The position numbers were made by a program, and so were the translations under genes. Under the pieces are notes generated by a model, which was given only the letters and a program-made list of their open reading frames with translations, made no database searches and was not told where the DNA came from. Shown here piece by piece: positions 20,159-27,778 of a DNA stretch of 38,230 nt. This DNA comes from Limisphaerales bacterium. Lineage in GTDB: Bacteria; Verrucomicrobiota; Verrucomicrobiia; Limisphaerales; SIBE01. Within the stretch, counting starts at the first letter, position 1. Every line of letters begins with the position of its first letter. The stretch is taken from assembly GCA_044225505.1 (NCBI GenBank), contig JBGAIN010000075.1:1-38230 (forward strand), read 5' to 3'.

Positions 20159-20356
20159 AGTTGAATCTTGGTTTTCCCGGCTCCGCCGGTCTGTCCTTCA
20201 ATAACCTTTTATGATGACACTCCGTCAAGCCAATACGCAGGGCCTTCACCCTGGCTGCCAACTGGCCCTTGGGCTCCTGAGCGTGCGCCGAAACATCCAC
20301 GCAACACCGTCTCGAACCGAATTGCTTCTCGTGGTCAATAGCGTAACTTGCGGGAC

Positions 20357-20917
20357 ATGGATGCAACCAGTTCCATCAGGCTAAGCCGAGATTGCGAGGC
20401 CACTCAAATCCCGTCCGGCACTGCGGTCGCCATTCCCGCTGGCACCGAGGTCTTCATTACTCAGACACTCGGCGGAAGCTACACCGTCCAGGCTGACGGC
20501 GGCCTCTTTCGTATCCGAAATAAGGACGCCGATGCTCTTGGTCTCACTCCCGTTTCGACCGACGTTATCGCGCCGGGCGCGGCACCGAAGTCCGGCCTCG
20601 AGGTCGTGAACGAAGACATGGTCTGGGAGACTCTCAAGAGCTGTTACGATCCCGAGATCCCGGTAAATATTGTCGATCTCGGTTTGGTCTATGAGATGAA
20701 GATCGAACCGGTCTCGACGGGCGGCAGCCGGGTGCTCGTCCAGATGACCCTAACCGCTCCAGGGTGCGGCATGGGCGCGACGATTGCCGGAGATGCGCAG
20801 CAGAAGCTCTCGGAACTCCCTGGGGTCATTGAAGCGGATGTGCAAATCGTGTGGGACCCACCGTGGCATCACTCACGAATATCGCCTACGGGCCGTTCCG
20901 CGTTAGGATTAGATTAA
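20357..20917 (+). CDS. sufT: Fe-S cluster assembly protein SufT (DUF59)
   Basis: ITQTLGGSYTV, CYDPEIPVNIVDLGLVY, MTLTAPGCGMG, VWDPPW. Confidence 0.9.
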   Translation: MDATSSIRLSRDCEATQIPSGTAVAIPAGTEVFITQTLGGSYTVQADGGLFRIRNKDADALGLTPVSTDVIAPGAAPKSGLEVVNEDMVWETLKSCYDPEIPVNIVDLGLVYEMKIEPVSTGGSRVLVQMTLTAPGCGMGATIAGDAQQKLSELPGVIEADVQIVWDPPWHHSRISPTGRSALGLD

Positions 20918-21054
20918 ACCAACAATCTCCACACGCTTCGGACGCAGGGCTGCGAGCTGCGCCATTGCAGGCGCCGAACGACTACTCTGTGCAGACGCTC
21001 AGCACTCCGGCCTTGCGGAAGCGGACTGCGCAATGGGTCGCCCAAAGTCGCGCA

Positions 21055-22104
21055 TCAAGCCCACATTTCGGGGTCGCTCTCGTGCGGGCGATGCGGATAG
21101 GGCGATTGGTAAACCTTGCCAAGCACCACGGAGTCCTCTTCGCGTTTAAAGATCGATCCTTGCCCGGCGGCCATGGCTTGAAGTTTTTCCTGATCCGCCT
21201 GGGTTGCCGGCTGAAAGGCATGTCCCGCGGTGATCGCTTTTTCCACCAAATCCAGGAACGACGGGGCAAAGCCGGTCACCACACCAGGGAGCGAAAGGCT
21301 GAATCGCCAAGCCATATTCACATCTTCCTGCGTGTCTAATGACCGATACCACCAAGGGTGCGACATTTTCTCGTCCTGCTTCGGAGCTCCTGCGTGCATC
21401 GGTTTGATGGCCAGCACAGCCGCTCCCTTTTCCTGCGCCTTCGCCAGGACCTCGCGTCCGAAATCGCGCGTAAAATACTCCACGTAGTTGATTGGGAACA
21501 TCACGGAGTCAAAAGGAAACAAGTTCAACGCCTCAATGGCGGCTTTGGTCGTGTGGGCAGAGAATCCGATAAACCGAACTTGTCCCTTTTCCTTCGCCTT
21601 GAGAATTGTCTCTATCGCGCCGCCGGGGCCGAGGGCTTTTTTCACATCGGCAGGCTGGACCAAATGATGAAGCTGGTAGACATCGAAGTGGTCGGTCTTA
21701 AGCCGTGTCAACGAACGCTCCAGCTCCTCACGGCAACCGGCTTGATCGCGCTTTTTGGTTTTGCACGCGAGATAGAACTGGTCTCGCGCCAGGCCCTGCC
21801 ACGCCGCGCCCAGCTTGATCTCGCACTCTCCGTCGCCATAAGCGGGCGCGACATCGTAGTAATTGACCCCGCGTTCGAACGCCCGGTGCACCGCTTCTTG
21901 GCATTTCTCTGGAGTCTGTTGGCGCAAAGCCAAGCCTGAGAATCCAACGATTGAAACCTTAAGCCCGGTTCGGCCCAAGACTCTCTTCGGCATTCCTTTG
22001 TCCACTTGGACGACTGGCTCCGCATGGCTGAAGATAGGCGCTACGCCGCTGGCCACGCCGCCAGCTAAGCCTCCTACGACCTTGATAAATGATCGACGCT
22101 TCAT
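21055..22104 (-). CDS. Aldo/keto reductase with twin-arginine signal peptide
   Basis: MKRRSFIK Tat motif with AGGAG RBS upstream; LGRTGLKVS, YDVAPAYG, SLTRLKTDHFDVYQLH, IGFSAH. Confidence 0.9.
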   Translation of the reverse strand: MKRRSFIKVVGGLAGGVASGVAPIFSHAEPVVQVDKGMPKRVLGRTGLKVSIVGFSGLALRQQTPEKCQEAVHRAFERGVNYYDVAPAYGDGECEIKLGAAWQGLARDQFYLACKTKKRDQAGCREELERSLTRLKTDHFDVYQLHHLVQPADVKKALGPGGAIETILKAKEKGQVRFIGFSAHTTKAAIEALNLFPFDSVMFPINYVEYFTRDFGREVLAKAQEKGAAVLAIKPMHAGAPKQDEKMSHPWWYRSLDTQEDVNMAWRFSLSLPGVVTGFAPSFLDLVEKAITAGHAFQPATQADQEKLQAMAAGQGSIFKREEDSVVLGKVYQSPYPHRPHESDPEMWA

Positions 22105-22437
22105 AACAAATCTCCTGGTGCGATTCTCCGCGTCCTGGTCAAGAGGTTCCGAACGATCCGGCCAAGAGGCGAGAGGATTGGGTTTGACTCCGAGCATGTT
22201 CCCGCTCGATTAAGGCGTCAATCCGCAAAATGGCTGTCGACGTGACGGCACCCGCAGCTCGCGTCGTCGGAGCATTGTGCTCTGGCTTTTGTCACTTGTT
22301 ACGGCCGCGGTATTAACCAAACCGACCCAGGCTGAGGCCCAAGCGTTGGTGACAAATCGGCACCACCAGCATGGTTTGAGGACTGACGTTCCGCTTAGGC
22401 ATTGGCATCGGTCCGATTGGGTCGCTGGAGATTCGCT

Positions 22438-22466
22438 TTGACAAAGAGGCTTGGAATCCAGATTCT
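22438..22466 (+). promoter_or_regulatory. Candidate sigma70 promoter of tRNA-Ala
   Basis: TTGACA-N17-GATTCT, 15 nt before the tRNA. Confidence 0.55.
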
Positions 22467-22481
22467 ATCCTGTCTGCGGAT

Positions 22482-22557
22482 GGGGTCGTAGCTCAGTTGG
22501 TAGAGCACCACAATGGCATTGTGGGGGTCAGGGGTTCGAATCCCCTCGGCTCCACCA
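22482..22557 (+). tRNA. tRNA-Ala (anticodon GGC)
   Basis: 76-nt cloverleaf. Acceptor GGGGTCG/CGGCTCC with the G3:U70 Ala identity pair, anticodon arm CCACA-AT-GGC-AT-TGTGG, GGTTCGAATCC T-arm, encoded CCA. Confidence 0.98.
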
Positions 22558-22710
22558 TCCTTCGCTCGGAACACGCCAGTGTTTCGAGCGAAGGATGGTG
22601 TCCTCCGTAGCTCCGTCTGCGGAGCGGAGGAGGACGGGTTTCTCGTGTTCCGAGCTTCCTCCTACGCTCTCTGAGAGCTACGGAGGACAGGATGGATGGC
22701 AGGCCATCCA
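22553..22710. repeat. Cluster of REP-like palindromes downstream of the tRNA
   Basis: 22-bp stem 22553-22600; unit gtcctcc-gta-gctccg-tctg-cggagc-gga-ggaggac at 22600-22635; inverted related unit at 22657-22688; hairpin tggatgg-cagg-ccatcca at 22693-22710. Confidence 0.8.
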
Positions 22711-22725
22711 CTCCGAAGGAGGGAT

Positions 22726-22968
22726 ATGTATTACGCGTACGTTCTTCAGAGCGTCGATTTTCCCGACCGGCTCTACCACGGCCACTCCTCTGACCTGAAG
22801 CACCGCTTGGCCGATCACAACAGCGGCCATTGTCCACACCCCGCCAGGTTTAGGCCTTGGAAATTGAAATTCTACGCCGCGTTCGAGACACTGGAACGGG
22901 CTCAGGAATTCGAGACGTATCTCAAGAGCGGTTCCGGTCACGCCTTTGCCCAACGTCATCTTCTCTGA
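22726..22968 (+). CDS. Short stand-alone GIY-YIG nuclease (80 aa, UPF0213/YazA-like)
   Basis: MYYAYVL...LYHG.SSDLKHRLADHNSG...WKLKFY..FET.ERAQEFETYLKSGSG; RBS aaggagg upstream. Confidence 0.88.
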   Translation: MYYAYVLQSVDFPDRLYHGHSSDLKHRLADHNSGHCPHPARFRPWKLKFYAAFETLERAQEFETYLKSGSGHAFAQRHLL

Positions 22969-22975
22969 ACGCGGA

Positions 22976-23026
22976 TCGTGTTCCGACCGAAGAATGATGT
23001 CCTCGGTCTGCGGAGCGGAGGAGGAC
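22976..23026 (+). repeat. Degenerate direct copy of the upstream palindromic unit, 3' of the GIY-YIG gene
   Basis: gtctgcggagcggaggaggac is identical at 22615-22635 and 23006-23026; cgaagaatgatgtcctc resembles cgaaggatggtgtcctc. Confidence 0.8.
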
Positions 23027-23228
23027 CGGCAGACCAATTCCTGGAGCAGTTTACCTGATCAGTTTCGCCCGATCTTGGGCAAGGGAGCCGCTACGGGTCG
23101 CGCGTTTAGAGGCTACTTTGCCCAGGACCGCGGGTGTTGCGCTGAAGAGGCCCGAGTTTCTGCGCTGTCACCCATACCCATCCCGCCATTTGCCGGCATG
23201 GGTGAGTTCCTGCCCGCGTGTCTAAGGC

Positions 23229-24485
23229 TCACTCGCAAGCCGGGTACTGCTTCGGACTGGGCCCCTCTGCGGCGATCACTTGAATGCCGGCCGCGCCGCC
23301 GGATGGATCGATCCTCTCCAAGAGGAGCCTGAATCGCCAGTCGTCACCGAAGTCGAATCGAAACTTCATGATCTGCCTTTCCGCCAGGCCTGACTCTTCG
23401 AGTGTGATCTCGCTCGCCCAAGGCCCCTCGTCGCACTCGGGATGGTAATAACGCCGCGCCTTTCCAAGATGATCCTGAAAGCGGAACTCGTAGAGGTGAT
23501 CCAGGTCATAGAATTCAAACGCCTTCAAAACAGCCGTGGCGAGACTATGGAGAGAAAAAATTCCAGGCGCCACCAAGCGCCGCCAGGCCGGAGCGCACCA
23601 TTTTGGTTCAATGACAGCCTTGAACACATACCAACCTGAGCGGAATTCAACCTCTGCTTCCCGGAACATCCGCTTCCAACCTGGGAAATAAGGCGCGAAC
23701 GCAGGATGCAGGAACCCGAACCCCGCCTCCGCGGGGCGCTGAAAGTAATGCCATTCGTCTACGTCCCCGGTTCGACTCAACAGGTCAGCGATCGCCCAGG
23801 CGACGGCTTCGCCCCACGGCGTCCGCTTCGCCTTCTGCATTAACCAGCCTCGGGTCTTGGTTTCACGGACCCGCAAGGGCCTGGCTTGGATCTCAATGAA
23901 CCCGAACCTCGCCTGGAGCTGAATGTTCCAGGTCGAGATACCTCCGCGGTTCGCGTAGGTGTGGCAGTGCTCGCCGAAGCTTTTCCAGCGGCGGCAAGTC
24001 ACTTCCCTGGTCAGAAAGGATAGATTACTGTCGAATTGCTCGAATACGGTCCATGCACTGGCGCCCAAGACAGCGTCTTCAGCATAGAACAGCCACGCCT
24101 CCAGGAGAGCGAAGTACTTCTCGGTTGTATTCAGATCATTCCAAACAGAGAGCGCCTCCTGGTTCAGACAGAGCCGTCCGCGGTCCGCATGAGCCAGGTT
24201 CATCACCCGAAGCAGAATATAGGTCCCGGCGATGTTCGGATAATCGCGGAGCAAGGGGCGTTTTAACTGCAAGTCAATCGGCGCGCTCAGCCGCTGGTTC
24301 AGTTCAGGGAGGGGTGCATTCGAGAAGCTGCCATGCTTGCTTTGAGTGGGGACACCGGCAGGGCCAATGAAATCGATCATGGCCTGAATGTCCGCCAGAA
24401 TGCTGCCGGGCATCCGACCTGAAATGCCTTGGTCGTTCAGGCATTGGCCTGCGGGTTCTGCCTGTTCTCTGAGGCGTTTTGCCAA
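23229..24485 (-). CDS. Plasmid pRiA4b ORF-3-like domain protein
   Basis: C-terminal WRRLVAP...SLHSLATAVLKAFEF..DHLYEF...FRFDFGDDWRFRLLLE pattern; TTG start with gagga RBS. Confidence 0.8.
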   Translation of the reverse strand: MAKRLREQAEPAGQCLNDQGISGRMPGSILADIQAMIDFIGPAGVPTQSKHGSFSNAPLPELNQRLSAPIDLQLKRPLLRDYPNIAGTYILLRVMNLAHADRGRLCLNQEALSVWNDLNTTEKYFALLEAWLFYAEDAVLGASAWTVFEQFDSNLSFLTREVTCRRWKSFGEHCHTYANRGGISTWNIQLQARFGFIEIQARPLRVRETKTRGWLMQKAKRTPWGEAVAWAIADLLSRTGDVDEWHYFQRPAEAGFGFLHPAFAPYFPGWKRMFREAEVEFRSGWYVFKAVIEPKWCAPAWRRLVAPGIFSLHSLATAVLKAFEFYDLDHLYEFRFQDHLGKARRYYHPECDEGPWASEITLEESGLAERQIMKFRFDFGDDWRFRLLLERIDPSGGAAGIQVIAAEGPSPKQYPACE

Positions 24486-24627
24486 GTCCTCACTCGTCTA
24501 TTACTCCCAAATCGGCGGGGCGCACGCTTTTTCATCGCTCACCAGGAGCGGGAGGTCATTTCGATTGCCGCATCGTGGCAGCAGATTCATATTGCCTGAC
24601 ACCCGCAAGCGTGGGAACCAGAGGCAG

Positions 24628-26010
24628 ATGAAAGTCGGACGCAATGATCCTTGCCCATGCGGCAGCGGCAAGAAGTACAAAAAGTGCTGTCTGGAGAAAA
24701 GCCAAGCGCCACTTCCGGCTCCGCCCCCAACATCCCACGACGCCGAAACCACCGAACATGAGGGCGAGCGTGATTGGGGAGAAACTGAAAGCGCAGATGA
24801 TCTGGAGATTGAAGTGCCGACGGACGTTGCCTCCCAGCCGCAACGACCGCCCTTGCGCAAATACCCACGGCCGGATGAGAACTTGGCATCCCTTACCCCG
24901 GAAGAGGAAAAGATCATTGAGAATTGGTGGAAGGGGGTGGCGCCTCATTACAAGAAGCGCGATGCCGAGGAAATGATCCAGCGTGTGGAATTGGCGCTCA
25001 CGGAGTTTCCGAGCCTGTTCATTCATCTGGGATTACACGAGGAATTCCTCTTTGAGCTTGGCGGCGAATTGGGGCGGCGCGGCAGGATTCCGGACTATAT
25101 CGCGCTGTTGAAGCGCTTGAGGAGGGATCAACGGCAGATGTACTCCTTTTCTTATGGCGCCTACGATTCCGGCGTTATCGCCGAGCTGGTCGTGGCCGGG
25201 CAGGCAGAAGAAATCCCTGCTTATCTCGACCTTTTCAAGCAGTACCCAGACGCGCAGCCAGACTACTGCCATCAGATATGCAACTTGCTCGCCTGGCGGG
25301 GTCTTACCGAACCGCTTTACCTTCTCTGCGAGTCAGTCGCCACCCCAATGGTGACATCTTCGGAGGTCGTCGGCGGCCATTTCGCGTTGGATTGGTTGAT
25401 TCGCCGCGAAGAGGTTCCCTTCTATAAGGCCGGTGACGCTTCTGCCGAGGCCGTCCAAGTAGCCACGGTCGCGATCAAAACCCTGGGGGAACGACTTCAG
25501 TTTCCGCTTACTCCGGATGAGGATTGGCTATCGACGGCATTGAGGACTTGCTTGGAATCGCCACAGGTCGAAACCCACGGGTACCTTAGCGACCTGGCCC
25601 GGCAGCGGCTTGGCTTGAATTTTGTTTCCCACTTGCATCGCACCCACAAAGTTCCGTGGGTTCAGGGTTTCCTGCTGGGCGACCTGTTGCAGGATTACGT
25701 CTCCTGGTCTCGCCGACAAAAACTACCATGGTTTCGGCTTCACAAGAAGGATATCGAAGCCTTTGCCGTCTATCGATCCAAACAGTTCTTTTGCGTGGAC
25801 GGAGTCATCCTGCTGGGCATACTTCAAGGGATGACGTGGTTTGCCGATTACCTGCAAACCGCCGCTGTGCTTTCGGTCACGGAAACGGCGCGGATCAGAA
25901 CAGATTGTCGGCAGCTTTTTGATGCCGGCCGCAAGGCGGTGGATTCGACCGATGCGGCTTACCGCATCTGTCCAACCTTTGAGCAACTGGCTCTGACCGA
26001 TCCGGGATAA
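24628..26010 (+). CDS. SEC-C motif protein
   Basis: MKVGRNDPCPCGSGKKYKKCC N-terminus, acidic/Pro linker, helical-looking body of unknown family. Confidence 0.85.
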   Translation: MKVGRNDPCPCGSGKKYKKCCLEKSQAPLPAPPPTSHDAETTEHEGERDWGETESADDLEIEVPTDVASQPQRPPLRKYPRPDENLASLTPEEEKIIENWWKGVAPHYKKRDAEEMIQRVELALTEFPSLFIHLGLHEEFLFELGGELGRRGRIPDYIALLKRLRRDQRQMYSFSYGAYDSGVIAELVVAGQAEEIPAYLDLFKQYPDAQPDYCHQICNLLAWRGLTEPLYLLCESVATPMVTSSEVVGGHFALDWLIRREEVPFYKAGDASAEAVQVATVAIKTLGERLQFPLTPDEDWLSTALRTCLESPQVETHGYLSDLARQRLGLNFVSHLHRTHKVPWVQGFLLGDLLQDYVSWSRRQKLPWFRLHKKDIEAFAVYRSKQFFCVDGVILLGILQGMTWFADYLQTAAVLSVTETARIRTDCRQLFDAGRKAVDSTDAAYRICPTFEQLALTDPG

Positions 26011-26146
26011 GCAGGGATTATGAGACTCGGTTGCCGCCCGAAGCCTCAGAAACTCGGCTCATTGACTAGCAGGTTGAGGCATTCCTCGAACGTCTTGTGC
26101 GTCGCGGAACCAGAGATCAATGGACGATGGTGTTGGTGCGCGAGAG

Positions 26147-26548
26147 TCAACTTAACGGATTTGCACAGGGGCAACCCATCGACCTGAAATCGTTCTCGTT
26201 CCTGGTCGCAACGCTTGCTCCTGTACGGACTGCGATCGCTGCGAGCAGACCATCTACGAGGCTCGGTTTTCCTTTACCGAGTCTTCGAGCTTGCCCGGCC
26301 ATGCGTGCCGCAACCTCGTAATCCTCCGGTTGGTTGGCCAACGACGCCAGCTTCGCGACGCAATCAGCATAGAATTGTTCGCCTCGCCGACGTTTAAGTG
26401 AATCGGGGACCGCGTGAACTCCGAGAAGAAACTCGCACCGAATCACGTCCGCGATAGCGACTTCCTCTTGGGACTCGAGCCACGCCACAAATCTCGGATC
26501 GCCCCGTTCTCCCTCGATCAGCAAGTCTGAATCAATGAGCCAGCGCAT
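26147..26548 (-). CDS. vapC: VapC-like PIN-domain toxin
   Basis: 133 aa; LIDSD, RCEFLLG, SLVDGLLAAIA, ATRNENDF carry the PIN acidic residues; overlaps the antitoxin end. Confidence 0.9.
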   Translation of the reverse strand: MRWLIDSDLLIEGERGDPRFVAWLESQEEVAIADVIRCEFLLGVHAVPDSLKRRRGEQFYADCVAKLASLANQPEDYEVAARMAGQARRLGKGKPSLVDGLLAAIAVRTGASVATRNENDFRSMGCPCANPLS

Positions 26549-26795
26549 CGTCCGACTCTCGATCCATTCGATGAATCTGTTGAGCGATTGAAGCGGCGGC
26601 GGCTCGATCAAGCTTACCCGGACGATATCCGCGAAACAGCGCTGCAGCGCGTTTCCCAGGCATAAAGCCATTGTCGGGGACCAGTCGCGCCACCGCACGG
26701 CCGTGCTTGGTGATACGCACGCTCTCGCCCGCCTCTACCAGGCTGAGGTACTGTCCGAATTCACGGGCGACTTCAGTGGAGTTGGCGATCTTCAT
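26532..26795 (-). CDS. Phd/YefM-family antitoxin
   Basis: STEVAREFGQYLSLVEAGESVRITKHGRAVARLVP; directly upstream of the PIN gene. Confidence 0.9.
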   Translation of the reverse strand: MKIANSTEVAREFGQYLSLVEAGESVRITKHGRAVARLVPDNGFMPGKRAAALFRGYRPGKLDRAAAASIAQQIHRMDRESDDALAH

Positions 26796-26803
26796 CGTTG
26801 TTC

Positions 26804-26832
26804 AGCTTACCTCCCCTGTAGAGCAGCGGCAA
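26804..26832 (-). promoter_or_regulatory. Candidate sigma70 promoter of the TA operon (leaderless-type)
   Basis: Minus strand TTGCCG-N17-TAAGCT, with only 8 nt to the ATG at 26795. Confidence 0.55.
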
Positions 26833-27011
26833 GGGATAAGCAGTTCCTCCCGCGAGCGTTTGGCTTTTGCGAAGAGAGGTGAGGCGCTTTCCTCCTCGGA
26901 CCACAATGCCAGGCGGCTACAGGTTTGTCTCGGGCACTTGCCCGATTTGTTGTGGGGCACCAAGGCTGCTTTTCAGGATACAAGTGCCAATTGGCGTGGA
27001 GAGGACACCAA

Positions 27012-27067
27012 AATGGCATTGTGGGGGTCAGGGGTTCGAATCCCCTCGGCTCCACCATCCTTCGCTC
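27012..27067 (+). repeat. att-like duplicate of the tRNA-Ala 3' portion (tRNA nt 31-76 plus 10 nt)
   Basis: Identical to 22512-22567; the 5' acceptor strand and D-arm are absent, so it is not a full tRNA. Confidence 0.92.
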
Positions 27068-27106
27068 TCCCGAGAGAGCTTCGGAGGACCGGACCGATGG
27101 CAGGCC

Positions 27107-27347
27107 ATGTTCTACGCCTGCATTCTGCGAAGTCTCTCCTCTCCAGATCAGCTTTACCACGGCCATTCCTCCGATCTGAAGCAATGTCTAGCCGAACACA
27201 ACAGCGGCCGTTGCCCTCACACGGCAAAGTTCGTCCCCCGGAAAGTGAAGTTCTATGCCGCATTCGAGACTTTAGAGAGCGCCCAGCGCGTTCGAACAAT
27301 ACCTCAAGAGCGGCTCTGGCCGCGCCTTCGCGAAGCGGCATCTTTAG
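27107..27347 (+). pseudogene. Frameshifted paralog of the short GIY-YIG nuclease
   Basis: MFYACILRS...LYHGHSSDLKQCLAEHNSG...KFYAAFETLESAQR, then one extra base near 27290, then FEQYLKSGSGRAFAKRHL* in the shifted frame. Confidence 0.85.
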
Positions 27348-27687
27348 CTGCGACCGAGCGAGTTCCCGCCTTGCGCCCACTGGAATTCCAATGCCTCACC
27401 TGTTTGTCTTTGATTTGCCTTTCGTGCTTGCGGGTGAGTGGATGCTTAGGATCCCACCAGGGATAGGGCGCCCAGTCGATTGGCGATCCATCGCATCCGG
27501 GCGTCCCGCACTCCAGCCACAGACTTCCATCGCGGTCTTTCCACACACGCGTCGAATGTCCATCGAACTCCTGTTCACAATGCAGGCACCAGTTCTTCTG
27601 GTCCAGAGTGGGAAAGGGTGCTTGAAAGCTGTGTGCCTGTAGCAATTTGAGTTTCTCCGCGTCCGAGAGATGAAGGTAATCACTCAT
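27304..27687 (-). CDS. Hypothetical Cys-containing protein
   Basis: AAGGAGG RBS (27696-27702) and a near-consensus promoter; WCLHCE...LECGTPGCDGSPIDW motif. Confidence 0.75.
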   Translation of the reverse strand: MSDYLHLSDAEKLKLLQAHSFQAPFPTLDQKNWCLHCEQEFDGHSTRVWKDRDGSLWLECGTPGCDGSPIDWAPYPWWDPKHPLTRKHERQIKDKQVRHWNSSGRKAGTRSVAAKDAASRRRGQSRS

Positions 27688-27737
27688 TGATTTTTCCTCC
27701 TTTGGGCAGATAAGTCTGCGACCGTTCCGTGGACCTC

Positions 27738-27766
27738 AGTGTAAGAATGACTTAAATGGACGTCAA
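27738..27766 (-). promoter_or_regulatory. Near-consensus sigma70 promoter for the 27304-27687 gene
   Basis: Minus strand TTGACG-N17-TACACT. Confidence 0.7.
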
Positions 27767-27778
27767 TGGAATTGCCGC

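Larger units (their letters stand above)
22512..27067. mobile_element. Putative tRNA-Ala-integrated genomic islet (4.5 kb), no integrase seen
   Basis: 56-bp perfect direct repeat at 22512-22567 and 27012-27067, enclosing accessory genes (GIY-YIG, pRiA4b-ORF3-like, SEC-C, TA pair). Confidence 0.7.

Noticed and set aside
22553..23026. CRISPR array
   Set aside because: Repeats are few, in mixed orientation and irregularly spaced, with no unique equal-length spacers and no cas genes.
27001..27057. Second tRNA-Ala gene
   Set aside because: Only nt 31-76 are present; the upstream sequence cannot form the D-arm or the 5' acceptor strand.
27281..27300. Programmed frameshift in the second GIY-YIG
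   Set aside because: No recognisable slippery sequence, and the independent loss of Tyr, Arg and the RBS points to decay.
26671..27642. Long ORFs 26671-27642 and 26867-27466 (and 22451-22798) crossing the tRNA sequences
   Set aside because: They translate tRNA and repeat DNA; only the GIY-YIG part is protein-like.
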